Assembly: GCF_001194135.2 (NCBI RefSeq)
Contig: NC_068997.1
Span: 54,106,159-54,170,158, forward strand
Source: Octopus bimaculoides
Taxonomy: Eukaryota
DNA length: 64,000 bases
Direction of reading: 5' to 3'
This document shows, in pieces, positions 50,715 to 64,000 of the stretch. Numbering within the stretch: the first letter of the stretch is position 1; each line of letters opens with the position of its first letter. The position numbers were made by a program, and so were the translations under genes. Under the pieces are notes generated by a model that saw only the letters and a program-made list of their open reading frames with translations, was not told where the DNA came from and ran no database searches.

Positions 50715-51367
50715 TAACAACAGCAAAGAAAAAAAAACAACGTCACAGGAACAACAGCACATCTAATAACAACACTAACGATAATAAAAAAAAACAAGAT
50801 CAACAATAGATAAGTAAAAATCTGAACATAGAACCACGAAGAAAAATATTCTTTGTGTTCTTGGAGGTCGATTTAATGTTCCAACATGGCAACCTGGTAA
50901 AAAAAATTCTAATAAATTTAGTGCAATTAATTAATCGTATAGAATTTTATAGCGATTGCCCTATTCGTTTTCAATCTTTTATTCGTGTATATGTTGTGTA
51001 TGTGTTGGCTGTTTTGTTTCTGAGTCACTTTCTAAATACAATGAAAGGCGAGAGTGAAAAACTTTTTACTTTATACAAGAAAACTTATAAACTACAAATA
51101 ACGAACTCGCAACATGACAAAGAGTCGACTTCAAACACCGATATTGGTTTCAAAGCGGTACCGGTGGCTCTCACACACAGATTAACACAACACACACAAA
51201 CACACACAAACACACACACACACACACGTATATGTTTTTGCTTATGTACAAACATATAGATATGGTTTTAATATATGTTATATATATATATATAAATATA
51301 AATTTGTTATTTATTTGCAAGTTATAAACATAGTCATATATAAATGTATATATATTATATACAGAGG

Positions 51368-51425
<58 letters not shown>

Positions 51426-52259
51426 CTTTATAATCATAAACCAGTTCATTTATATTCATATGATATGAAGTATGCGTATATATGTGTAAGTGTAGAGAGT
51501 CTATGTGTGGGCGTGTGTCCGTGAATGCATGTGTTTGTGCGTGTATGTGTGTGTGCGTGTGTGTGTGTAAGAGAGAGAGAGTGTGTGTCTGTGTGTGTAT
51601 GTGTGTGTGTTGAACCGTTTTGGCTTTTTGCCATAATGTAACAATTATGCTTTTGGCATGATACTAGCAATTACGAATCAAAATGGCCGTTGTGACTATT
51701 AATTTACTATCGATCTCTTTAGCCAACATTTCAGTATCTCGACATACATAGTGATGTCTCTATTGCCCTAGGGAGTCGTGTCCCCTACTTGTCGTCTTCA
51801 TTAAAATTATATCAGTCATGGAGATAACATTGTCTTTTCTTCACCACATAACTATTATTAATTAGATCTTTAATGTTTGCTATATTAAACATAGCAAGAG
51901 TTACTTAACTATTGCTTTTCCATGCGGACGTCTTCTCTAAATTATAACTAAAATTATGTATATCTTCTTAAATATGCTCAATGAATGTTTCTCATATCAA
52001 TACACACTACATAGCAAATCGCCAATAAAATAAACAACAACTAGCAGGCTGTCCCAACAGAAGCACACTACTCGCATAACACAAACAACGAACGACGCAA
52101 ACACGTCGCCTCATAACAAAACAAGCTGACACAATCAAATACCGGGAAGTGTTAGCACCCCTCCAACAACAAAATGGAACACACAATGCTACACACACCC
52201 CATCAACAAGGAGGTATAGCAGGTAATGCAGTAGAAATTTCCCTGAAGCTATCAAATGT

Positions 52260-52334
<75 letters not shown>

Positions 52335-54299
52335 CTGGTGGGTTAATCTATGCTATAATAGAGTTCAAATACATTATTTTTATACAAGAATGTTGTCAAT
52401 AGTGACTCCGAGGTTTCGACCAGCTAAACCGTTATCACACAGCTTCTTTCAGTTTCCGCGTCCTATATCCACTCACAAGTCTTTTGTCGGCATGTGGCTA
52501 CAGGAGAAGACACTTGAATCCGGAAAATTGCGTTCAGGAGTGAAGCTTCGTATCACACAGCCACTCATACGCATATAAAATGTGAAAGATATCGCACCTA
52601 AGAGGACCCGAATCATCAACTTTCCAGTTAATAGCCAGACACACACAAAGAAGGTAGACAGACAGATAGATGAACGTGTATATATTTATTTCTATACATA
52701 TATATATATATGTATATATATATANNNNNNNNNNNNNNNNNNNNNNNNNNNNNNNNNNNNNNNNNNNNNNNNNNNNNNNNNNNNNNNNNNNNNNNNNNNN
52801 NNNNNNNNNNNNNNNNNNNNNNNNNNNNNNNNNNNNNNNNNNNNNNNNNNNNNNNNNNNNNNNNNNNNNNNNNNNNNNNNNNNNNNNNNNNNNNNNNNNN
52901 NNNNNNNNNNNNNNNNNNNNNNNNNNNNNNNNNNNNNNNNNNNNNNNNNNNNNNNNNNNNNNNNNNNNNNNNNNNNNNNNNNNNNNNNNNNNNNNNNNNN
53001 NNNNNNNNNNNNNNNNNNNNNNNNNNNNNNNNNNNNNNNNNNNNNNNNNNNNNNNNNNNNNNNNNNNATATATATATATATATATATACGTGCATGTGTG
53101 TGTGTGCTGACAGTCAAATGTACTCTGTTTCATCAGTACAACTATAGTAATGTCTATGCTAATTCTATATTAGGAATCTCAGCAAAACATTGGACGTTCG
53201 ATCGATAATTCATGTACATTAGTCTATATTAGACTTTATAAGCCTGTCAGACTGTTTACAGCGAACATGCTGTTTGTACGAAGGGTACAAGGGACGTTAC
53301 TCTGTAGTGACTACATATCAGCAACACATTTGTATCTGTGTATGTGTATATACATTCATATATACACACACATGCATATATACATATACACGCACCTCCA
53401 TACCTATTTTATACATATGTATGTATATATATATATATATATNNNNNNNNNNNNNNNNNNNNNNNNNNNNNNNNNNNNNNNNNNNNNNNNNNNNNNNNNN
53501 NNNNNNNNNNNNNNNNNNNNNNNNNNNNNNNNNNNNNNNNNNNNNNNNNNNNNNNNNNNNNNNNNNNNNNNNNNNNNNNNNNNNNNNNNNNNNNNNNNNN
53601 NNNNNNNNNNNNNNNNNNNNNNNNNNNNNNNNNNNNNNNNNNNNNNNNNNNNNNNNNNNNNNNNNNNNNNNNNNNNNNNNNNNNNNNNNNNNNNNNNNNN
53701 NNNNNNNNNNNNNNNNNNNNNNNNNNNNNNNNNNNNNNNNNNNNNNNNNNNNNNNNNNNNNNNNNNNNNNNNNNNNNNNNNNNNNNNNNNNNNNNNNNNN
53801 NNNNNNNNNNNNNNNNNNNNNNNTATATATATATATATATATATGAAAGCTTTGTTTCCTCTGCTTGTTTCTCTGTTAGTTTCTTTCTGTGTTCCTTTCT
53901 GTGGAAGATCGTAGGCTCGAAAGTGCAGTAAAAGTACCGTCCCCGTTGCAGGACCAATGACCCATTGTTGTGTCTAACCTGAATTTAAAAACTTCTTCGG
54001 AAAATGACATCATAACTCGCTTGTTTCCCATTCAGAAATCTGTGAGACAACGGCTGGTCTTTGTGTGGCTGCGAACACGGTTGGATGTAGTTACGAGATT
54101 AACCACAATTCTTACACCGCCATTTAAGATATGGCGGGTCACATTGAACAAAGTGATGCTTCGATATATTGACCATTAGTTAGAGAGATGGTCACGGTTA
54201 GAAAAAACTTTCATCAGAGCTTTCTTCAAAGACGATTCTCTTAATAACTAACAACAACTACAAGGGAACGAATGATAATGATGACCACTAGAACGCTAC

Positions 54300-55721
54300 C
54301 GAGTTAGTATAAATCTATTGCGCATTCGTCTTATTTCAGTTTGCGCAGACGAATCTCAAATAACATAACTTGGCAGAATTAAAAAACCAATATTTTATGA
54401 CATATTTTGCGTAGGTGTGACTGCTAAGCTAAGTGAACGAGTTAAACCGAAAAGTTGATAAATAAATAAATAAATATGAGGACCATATAGCGAAATAACT
54501 AAATAAGAAAAAAGAAAATAAATGCATACGGTTTAAATTAGAGTGAAACTGGTATATCTGGAGGTCACATAAATATTAATGATATAACACTTGTTAATAT
54601 GTAGTCAGTGAATGCCGTCGGGTATGTGATAACACTTTCACACTCATGCGCAGTGAAAACATTTTCATATTTTCCTTTCGTTTCATTTCTTCATTCTATT
54701 CCATTTCATTTAATTTCGTAATTAAACAACGACATGACTCCGAGAAAAATCCAAGGACATGCTGGTTCATATCGTGGGACTGGCACAGCATTTGTCTCCA
54801 TTCTCTCTCTCTCTCTCTCTTCCTTTCTTTTTTATCTACTCTCTCTCTCTCTCTCTATCTCTCTCCCTCTCTCTCTCTGATTTACAAGTTACTTGATAAG
54901 TCTTCCTATTATAATCACAAAAAAATCACAAAAAAAAATGGCTGAGTGAGTTTCATGCCATCGATTGACTTACTCGATGTACCAACTAAATCGCAACGCT
55001 CGCTCAGCGTCTCGAACGTGGGATAAGACAATGAATAATGTGTTTATTGATGCCCTATGGCCAAATAAAAGTCAGGAAGAGCAACGTTGCAACGCAATTA
55101 TTGATAGATCTGTTCAATGAAATTAAACTGCGGTTTAAAGAACAGCGATACAGAATTTGAACTCGGCCGGAATTCCACACTGAAGATAAAACTACTACTA
55201 ATACAGCTTTCCCGCTCAAGAAAGAAACGGCTTGCTTACAACTAATTTCAAAATCATGTTTTGGGATCCAAACCAAATACTGTACTGGTGACATGATATG
55301 AACCAACGACTTATCGATTTGGTGCCTGCTCTATTATTGCCTGGGCTATTCGGTTCTTTCATTTCGAAAACAGCTCAATGAGAATAAAAGAAGGGAAAAA
55401 AAATCATTTTCACCGTACATAAGTGTGAAGAAGTCATCACTTGGCCAGCGGCAGTTACTGAATGGATATTAACAAGTGTTATATCATTAATATTTATATG
55501 ACCTCCAGATATACTGATCCAGTCTAATTCAAAACGTATGAATTTTTTCTTATTTATTTATTTCTTGCATTTATTTACTAGTTTCTGGTGTCGCGAGTTC
55601 ACTCAGTATAGCAGTGACACCTACAGGAAATATATAATAAACTATTGGTTTTAGGTCTGTCAAATTTCATATTTTAGGATCGATCTGGATATTTGTTTTT
55701 GGAAGAAAAATATCCAACTCG
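54300..55721. repeat. Long imperfect inverted repeat (foldback), arms ~54300-54900 and ~55235-55721
   Basis: Colinear reverse-complement matches: 54552-54600 vs 55466-55514 (48/49 identical), 54763-54773 vs 55295-55305, 54411-54437 vs ~55599-55625, and 54879-54900 vs 55235-55255. A (CT)n insertion (54803-54878) is present in the left arm only. Confidence 0.9.
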
Positions 55722-56414
55722 TGATAAACAGTTACGAAGTCTTATTAGTTTTCATATATATATATATATATATANNNNNNNNNNNNNNNNNNNNNNNNNN
55801 NNNNNNNNNNNNNNNNNNNNNNNNNNNNNNNNNNNNNNNNNNNNNNNNNNNNNNNNNNNNNNNNNNNNNNNNNNNNNNNNNNNNNNNNNNNNNNNNNNNN
55901 NNNNNNNNNNNNNNNNNNNNNNNNNNNNNNNNNNNNNNNNNNNNNNNNNNNNNNNNNNNNNNNNNNNNNNNNNNNNNNNNNNNNNNNNNNNNNNNNNNNN
56001 NNNNNNNNNNNNNNNNNNNNNNNNNNNNNNNNNNNNNNNNNNNNNNNNNNNNNNNNNNNNNNNNNNNNNNNNNNNNNNNNNNNNNNNNNNNNNNNNNNNN
56101 NNNNNNNNNNNNNNNNNNNNNNNNNNNNNNNNNNNNNNNNNNNNNNNNNNNNNNNNNNNNNNNNNNNNNNNNNNNNNNNNNNNNNNGCGTGTGTGTGTGT
56201 GTATTATCTATTTATCTCTATTTCCCCCCCACACACACACACCTTAGCCACACCTATATGAACACATAAATACTTAAACACATGCGACGATCTATCAGTC
56301 TCCTCTCCTCTACAAAATCTACTCACAAGGCTTTTTGGTCAGTCCGAAGTAATAGTAGGAGACACTTGCTCAAGGTGCCTCAGAGTGGGACAGAATGTGG
56401 ACGCATGTGGTTGA

Positions 56415-56458
<44 letters not shown>

Positions 56459-56944
56459 GCACACGCTCACTCACTCACTCACATACACACACACATTGTT
56501 ATGAAAGAATTGTAAATGATAATACGATGTATTTTACATGTTGCAATCTGATATCTTTATTCTTGCCGACGTCATAAAAATGTTTTATCTCAGAGTGAAC
56601 TTTGTGTATGTCTTTAAATTTCTCAACAAATACCTCAATAAATGTGCGAAACTGTTGATCGCTGTTTGCATGCCGGTGATTAAAACAGAAACATTATAAT
56701 TTAGAGCGAATTTATAATTTGCATATCCTGTAAATTGAAACAAGTTAGTGTATTGTGGCAGAAATACAAATGCTTGTAAACTAAAGTAGTAATCCTAAGT
56801 GTTTAGTCAAGTTTATATTGGTTATTAAGTAACATGTGCCTTGAATTAATTTAGTTGCCGCTCTTGAAATTAAACATAGTTTACGCGCAAGAAGCAGAAA
56901 ATCCATTGCATTGATTGATGTTAACAATAATTTTATGCTAACAG

Positions 56945-56974
56945 TTTGTGATAATACGTGGAGAGAACTCATTG
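56945..56974 (+). CDS. Candidate 30-nt microexon (phase 1 to 1), CDNTWRELI
   Basis: Acceptor ttttatgctaacag, donor TTG|gtaagc, symmetric and open. No homology recognised. Confidence 0.2.
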
Positions 56975-58914
56975 GTAAGCATCGATAAATTAGTGGGGAA
57001 GAATACTAAGAAAGTAATGTATGTTACTGATTAAGAAGAGACATTGATAGGAAGTTGAGGTTAAATGTATGGTTAGTGAGAGATTTGAATAACGACGAAC
57101 GATGACAACAACAAAAGAAACGTTTAATTAAAGCGCAGCAAAAACAAAATACAAACATTTCATCGAAATATTGCTTCTCCAGACGCAAGTTTTCACCTGC
57201 ATGCGTTCATTATCTCCAGAGATTCAATTTACTATTGATTAAAAGTAAATTACATTTTAGAAACTTAAATAAAGGTTCCTCTGATCATATACATCTTATT
57301 CCTGTGCAAAATAATGCCAAAGTAACATGCTGTCGATCAGCTCTCGGGAAAATTTCACGTTTCGTTCCACCTTAAGTGGTGTTGGTGATGGTTGTATGTA
57401 AAAGACATCTAACAAATTAACTCAAATTAACTCACAATGGATAGGTGCCATGGTTAGTGCAATTCACCACAATAAGCTAGGGTGATACTGCAAAGACATT
57501 GCATATTTGTTATATTTTATTGATATCTGCAAACCGTTTGAATAAAAGATATTACTTGCAGATGGAATGACGTCCGAAAGAAACTATTACAGAAGAAATA
57601 ATAAAACACATCAACGGTAAAGGGAAAAATAAGCTTAATTTAACTGTATTTTAGTGAAATATAGAGAATATAAATAAAAAGCAAGACCACACACGAGATT
57701 CAGAAAATATTCCAGATAAATAATTCATCTTAAGAATTACAGATCTAGAGGAGGATCCACTAATGTAGCATAGAAGCATATTCTTTACACTTTGCGTATT
57801 TTTCTAACCTGTTGAGTAAATAATGAACCTGCATTCACAAATTGAACAGTCACGGGATAGTCGGACATTTATATTATCAATGAATAATGGTGCACGATTT
57901 TTATCCCCTACACCTCGTTAGTGAGATGTCTATCAATCTCTTCAATGATGGTTATTCATAGCCACTGCATAAGTACGTCTCCGAGAAATTAATCGGCTAA
58001 TAAGAAACAGATGTCTCAGTATTTAATGATTAAGTCATTTGTGGATTCTAGAACAATGATTAATTAGTAAGGGGGAATCTATATAGCAAGCAGCGTAAGA
58101 TAGCGACATTAAGAACAGGGTGTATACGGGTTTATACGGGTATATCAAATGTATTATATGTAAAGAGCTTTAAGAACGAGAGAACAAGAAACCATTATGG
58201 TTCTCTGGAGAACATATAACCTCATCTGCTTAGACTTCTGCTCCTAAAGATAGTCACCGCACAATGTTAAATTAACAGGAGAACTGGAAACAATCCAGCG
58301 AAGCAGCATAAAGAAAATAATTTCAATGAAACATGTTAGCTAATGGAAGAAGCTCAAAACGTTAAGACTCTTCTCTTTAGAACGAAGGCAGGGAAGATAT
58401 GCGGTGATATGTGTAAACCTCTGTGTAAACTTCTGGAAGGATTGTACCCAAACTGTAGCATTGAACGTTACACAGAAACGTAGAACGGTGCACCACTGCA
58501 TAGTGACAAATATTCCAACGTCGCCATTAAGATACAAGGCCAGTTACTGTAACAGTTTGAGTTTCATGAGCTCACATCACTTCAATAACCTCCTAAAAAA
58601 AAACCCTGAGTGACCTGCAGGGGATCGATGAAGGTGTCTTCAAAGCAAAAACGGAATCACTTCCTGTCAAAAATTCTTGATGAACCTACCTCCCAGCAGG
58701 AAACGCAGATCAGGGCATCAGTACCAAAATCTCTCATTCACGAAGTGCCACATATCAGAGGTGGTTTCAAGTAGTGGAAATACAGCAAAGCTAACAGTGG
58801 CGCCTAACATGGCGGCAACTCTCTAGCTGAAAGTTGATGAAGACATGTGTGTGTTTGTGTGTGTGTGTGTGTGCATGTATGTGTGTGTTTATGCGTGTAT
58901 GTGTATGCACGTGC

Positions 58915-58967
<53 letters not shown>

Positions 58968-60029
58968 ATATATATATTTGTATGTATGTATGTATGTATG
59001 TATGTATTAGAGTATCAAAGAAGAGCTATTTGCATAAGCGTAATAGACAGAGCTTATCGACAGAGCTGATTCAGATAAATGAAAGAGGAATTCAAGCGAT
59101 TTTCTTTCGCCATTCCACTTCCATCCGACAATGAAATCTTTAGCTATGATGCTAAACCAGATTAACTACAGATAAATGAAGTATGAGGTGACAATCAGCA
59201 ATCTCCAGTGGTTGATGTTTATCGTGTTGCTGTTGAACTTCTTGTTGTTTATCTAATTTCAAACCCGATCATCTACAACATCTAGGATACGTATGTCATT
59301 CCACCGAACTGCTACCTAACATCCAGGTATCAGTTGTTCGTCAGGTCACGTCCATGCCTGACCACAAACTATACGTTTTACATACGCAAAACCACTCATT
59401 TTGATATAATTCATGAGATTCAGTAAAGTCATTGGTATGGAATCTCGGTTTATAAAAATACAGTAGAACCACATAAAAAGTGAGGAAAAGAAATAAATTC
59501 AATGATATGATGCTAAAGAAACAGAGGCCAAAGCTGAGACTATACGGTATGCACACACACATACACACACACATACATAGTACACGCATATATATATATA
59601 TATATAAATTATAATATGGGCTTACAAAAAAGAATTTCTAGCTTATATGCTTAGAAATAGGCGATAAATCGTCTAACCACTGAAAAAAAAGTCACAAACA
59701 CACGTGTTTTGCGTTGAATTCGATGCAACAAGCCAACTAATAAAACAGATAGCCCCGGATTAGCTAATTTCTAGATCTGCGCAAAAGGATTTACCGTCTT
59801 CAACAGGACATACATAGAAAATAAATAAGGTATTTATACATACCCACAAGAAAGCAAAATGCAAAGCCATAAATACTTATAAATACTCGAGACACTTCCG
59901 AACAAGTTTCGTAGCTTGGCTCAACATGTGTGTTCGGTCGCCATAGCAGTTAGTGAGGCATGCTCTCCCGAAGTGAAGTAATTTTTTCAATTCCAATAAG
60001 AGAGGACAAAACTTTAAAAAAATGTCACC

Positions 60030-60171
60030 CATTTTTCAGTTCAGAGGATTAGTACGACGTGGAATGAAGTGTTTAGCTTAAGAATGCAACGCGCAGCTGG
60101 TCTGAGAATCGAACCCCCGATCTTAGGTTCGTGTGTGCAACTGGCCTAACCACTGATCCACGTGCTTTCAC
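60030..60171 (-). mobile_element. SINE-D head fragment
   Basis: gaatgaagtgtttagcttaag...gagaatcgaacccccgatctt...cctaaccactgatccacgtgctttcac. A plus-strand head fragment also lies at about 61985-62056. Confidence 0.75.
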
Positions 60172-60570
60172 ATGTATGACAGCATAATAATAAAAAAAGC
60201 TCTAACAAAGTATATAACATTAATCAGCTTAATCGAATAGCATTTAATTGTTTAGATCATTGAATATAGTTGACATAATGTCGTTAATTGGTAGCTTCCA
60301 TTAACCATAGTATAGATCTGTTCCTTAAGGCTGTCTGCCAAAAACTCATTGCTCTGATAGAAAATGTATCTCTTCTTTACTTTCCCTCTTGTTATATATA
60401 TTATATGTGCTTTTTAATTCGACGCAATTAGTCAATGGATATCTGTTTCCAAAGAAATACTGGAGTTTCGTATTTTCGAGTCAGTCTTTATTAAAGAAAA
60501 CAGCTGCCAGAGCCGATAATAATCAAAATCATCTTCAGCGGAATTCAATCGTTAATATCCTCTCATTGTA

Positions 60571-60770
60571 AACGACGAGCTGGCAGAATCGTTCGCACGT
60601 CGAGCAAATTTCTAAGCGGTATTTCGTCCGTCGGTACCTATTGAGTTTGACTCTGCTTTTCATCCTTTCGCAGTAGATAAAGTAAGTGCCAGTTGATCAT
60701 AGAGGCAGATGTGACCGACTTACTCCGCTGCTCCGGAAATGCTGGCCTTTTACCAAACAATGAAACTAAT
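60571..60770 (+). mobile_element. SINE-A copy
   Basis: acgacgagctggcagaatcgtt...agcggtatttcgtc...ctgcttttcatcctttcgcagtagataaagtaagtgccagttg. Confidence 0.85.
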
Positions 60771-61039
60771 ATCCTGTCATTGTTTCTGTAGTGAGGCCTG
60801 AGGATGTAACAGTTATTCCAATCCAACAACCTGTAAACAGATAAGCAAAGATAAAAGCGATATGCAACAGTATTGTAAAATAGAGGAGTATAAGTTGCGA
60901 AAATGATCTCGTTACATCTGGTTGGAGTAATTTGGAGAGGCATCCTCTCTTGAACAGTGAACGGTCCTCATCCGTTTGTACACCAGTAACATTGAACACG
61001 GGATAACGTTTTATAAACGCCACTTTCAGTTATTAAGTG

Positions 61040-61250
61040 GTCCACTGGCAGAGACATTAGCACGCCGGGCGAAATACTTGGCGGTATTTCGTCTGTCTTT
61101 ATATTCTGAGTTCAAATTTCGCCGAGGTCGTCTTTGCCCTTCATCCTTTCGGAGTCAATAAATTAAGTACCAGTTGGGTACTGGGGACGATCTAATCGAC
61201 TGGTCTCCCCTCCCTCCAAATGTCGGGCCTTGTGCCTAGAGTAAAACAGA
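61040..61250 (+). mobile_element. SINE-A copy, near full length monomer
   Basis: ctggcagagacattagcacgccgggcgaaatac...gagttcaaatttcgccgaggtcg...aagtaccagttgggtactgggg...gggccttgtgcctagagtaaaa. Confidence 0.92.
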
Positions 61251-62282
61251 ATAAATGCTGTGTATCTTTTATCTTTTGTTTGTTTCAGTCATTAAACTGC
61301 GACCATGCTAGAGCACCACCTTGAAGAATTATAGTCGGAAGAATCCAACCTAGTATGCATGTATGTATGTATGTATGTATGTATGTATGTGTGTGTTTGT
61401 GTGTGTGTGTGTGTATGTGTGTGTGTGTGTGTGTGCGTGCGTGCGTGTGTCTATACATATAGATATGTGTGTGTATCTTATTTGTCATATGCAACACGCA
61501 CCTGCTTGTCGAAACCAGTGACATATGACTACTCGTATTAAAAGAGGTCATGCTAAACAAAGTACCTAGGGGCTGCAACAAAACCTAGGCGATAAAACAT
61601 GGAATATGTTTGAAGAATTCAAAATATGTTACGCAAGACAATTATCTTTATAATCACCTATTATCGAGGCATATAACAGTCACGTGTCTGTGCAAGACCT
61701 GGTCACAGCCAACGTCATTTTACTGGTCGTTTGCAACATAATAACAATGTCAGTATGCCAGTGAAGTAGTTGACAGAGGCGGCTATTTGATAAGAAATAA
61801 TTAAATAGAAAGACGTAACATGTACGCCATCACTAACCTTGTTCCTTCCGCTTTAGTTCTTGTTGTCTGCTAAATATATCAAATATGAAGGTGAATATGT
61901 GATATCAGCTAAAGATGGCTTAACGTGTATACATATACAAACGCAACACACAAACGCACACTCACACACACACATACGTTTATGCTTAGATCGTAAGATG
62001 GTAAGCTCAATACTCATCAGCGTGTTGTGCCCTGAGCAAAACATTTTATTTCTGTTTCTTCAGACCACTATATGATATATAACCAAAGGGGGAGAAATGG
62101 CGTACTGCGAAAGAAGAAAAAGGTGACGTAATCCAGTGGATAGTCAATTCAAAGAAACACAAATTTAAAAAACAGAAGGAAAACGAAAAAGAAAAAAATA
62201 TCTTTTTAAACGAAGGAGAGGACGTGCGCAAGAAATATAATAATTTGACGCTCGGCGAAAGGAGAGAATTTATTGACTTATT

Positions 62283-62466
62283 CTTTTATTTGTGTCAGTC
62301 ATTTGACTGCGGCCATGCTGGAGCACTGTCTTTAGTCGAACAAGTCGAACCCAAGACTTATGCTTTGTAAGCCTGGTACTCATTCTATCGGTCTCTTTTG
62401 CCGAACTGCTAAGTTACGGGCACGTAAACACACCAGCATCGGTTGTCAAGCGATGGTGGGGGTCAA

Positions 62467-62524
<58 letters not shown>

Positions 62525-62530
62525 GACGAG
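62283..62530 (-). mobile_element. SINE-B 3' two-thirds
   Basis: cagtcatttgactgcggccatgctggagcac...ctatcggtctcttttgccgaactgctaagttacggg...ggttgtcaagcgatggtgggg. Confidence 0.92.
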
Positions 62531-62669
62531 CAGAACATTGCCATAAAATCTCTACACGTCTACTTTTGTACATCTCCGATATAAACATAACTACAAACAC
62601 ACACATTATATATATATAACTCTTCACATGTGCCTGCGTGTGTAACTATCTGTCTATTTATCTATCTAC

Positions 62670-62763
<94 letters not shown>

Positions 62764-64000
62764 ATGCACGTATTTATACATGTATGCATGTATGTATATA
62801 ATGAGAAAGAGGCTGATCTTTCCTTCTCTACCGCACCCTTTCTCTTGGAAGTATTACCTGTAGGTGTTTATGCAGATATCTAATTAATATATATGTTTAT
62901 TTCGTGAGTAAAACGTTGAAGTACTCAAACGCCAAATCCCTAATTATGTTGAATCGGAAACGAAACCTTCAATTTTTATTTCCGTTCGTTTTGTATTCAG
63001 GAATTCCAGTTGGTTCCAGTATGAAATCTCTGTTCCTTTCCTTTCCAATATCTCCAGAAGCCAAATACTGAAATCACAAAATGCTTAGTTTCCAAATTCA
63101 GATCATATATATATATATATATATATATANNNNNNNNNNNNNNNNNNNNNNNNNNNNNNNNNNNNNNNNNNNNNNNNNNNNNNNNNNNNNNNNNNNNNNN
63201 NNNNNNNNNNNNNNNNNNNNNNNNNNNNNNNNNNNNNNNNNNNNNNNNNNNNNNNNNNNNNNNNNNNNNNNNNNNNNNNNNNNNNNNNNNNNNNNNNNNA
63301 AAAAAAGAAATTTCGTAGAAATAAATCCAGTTGTGGAAAGGGATAGTAAGAAGAAATACAAATAAATAAGAAGGAAAAAATGATCAAAGAAGAACACGAT
63401 TGGAAGACGGAGCGAGCGTTATATTTAAATGGATGAACAAAACAAATATGGCGTCCTTCCACAAAGAGGGAATCTGCAATGGCACGTGCCGTATATTAAA
63501 TGTCCAAAATAAATTCCGTCTTTCTTTTATCTCATCTCATTTAACATTTATTTCACTCCCTAAATATTTGTGATTATTATCACATGAACTATTCGCTATT
63601 TTGGGCTGATAATCGGATATTATATATTTCGCAGCGTACAATAATTTCCTTTAAAGGGAGACAATCAGTTAAGTTCTTTCCCATTTTAGAAATGTATCCT
63701 GCCCTATTTCACCGCCTCACCATTGCCATAACCAATTCAATTATAATTATACATGCTGTCGATATTAAAGACCATTATGTATTTTTCTGTTGCTCTAGAA
63801 AGGTTTCACGGCAACACGTTAAAGTTGCTTCTTTCCTTCTCAATAGCCCTCAATAAATTTCTGTATTTAGCAATCTGTGTGCCGACCAATCTGTGTGATT
63901 TGTCGTTTAACTTGTTAATGAGCTTAGCAAGTAAATATTTCTTTCGTTTTCTAAGGATTTGTGATCTGTTTTGCTTGTCTCTTCTTGTCACACAGTGTAG

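Larger units (their letters stand above)
2308..63299. other. 18 assembly gaps (about 6.4 kb of N) scattered through the window
   Basis: The largest are 2308-3177, 22827-23722, 25286-25949, 43569-44048, 27111-27548, 14335-14749 and 55776-56186. Nearly all abut (TA)n, (CA)n, (GA)n or triplet runs, as expected for a short-read scaffold. Confidence 0.98.

Noticed and set aside
58343-58490. Cys spacing GKICGDMCKPLC...C resembling FAM69/DIPK N-terminal motifs
   Set aside because: The frame is short and closed by a stop, lacks the upstream C..Y and a good donor, and the Cys periodicity is explained by a 12-bp tandem duplication (gtgtaaacctct gtgtaaacttct).
2089-63462. Long ORFs containing X-runs or HT/YI/CV/LS/poly-amino-acid tracts
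   Set aside because: They are open only because N-gaps and di- or trinucleotide repeats lack stop codons. They are not genes.
1-64000. CRISPR arrays, operons, rRNA, snRNA, telomeric arrays, prophage or viral genes
   Set aside because: None seen. There are no regularly spaced repeat-spacer units, no dense coding regions and no recognisable structural RNA sequence.

Overview
AT-rich eukaryotic DNA that is intronic or intergenic. The SINE repertoire and the very high microsatellite load point to a coleoid cephalopod, most likely Octopus; this is an inference from remembered repeat consensus sequences, not a database result. About 6.4 kb is N, in 18 gaps that are nearly all flanked by microsatellites. 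No host protein-coding gene can be called with confidence. Almost all long ORFs in the track are artefacts of N-runs or simple repeats. What the sequence supports: (1) many tRNA-derived SINE copies in at least four groups (my labels SINE-A to D) that share and swap head, body and tail modules, including one dimeric copy; (2) a stop-free, 5'-truncated fragment of a restriction-like-endonuclease (RLE) non-LTR retrotransposon that runs into a gap (22521-22826); (3) a mariner remnant with its 5' TIR; (4) a complete hAT/Charlie-type MITE with TIRs and an 8-bp TSD; (5) a decayed LINE reverse-transcriptase fragment; (6) a ~1.4-kb colinear imperfect palindrome at 54300-55721 that none of the other features explain, which is the most unusual structure here; (7) several isolated exon candidates with good splice signals, some phase-compatible, none with recognisable homology. 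I found no evidence of a novel multi-gene system, CRISPR array, rRNA or genuine tRNA gene.
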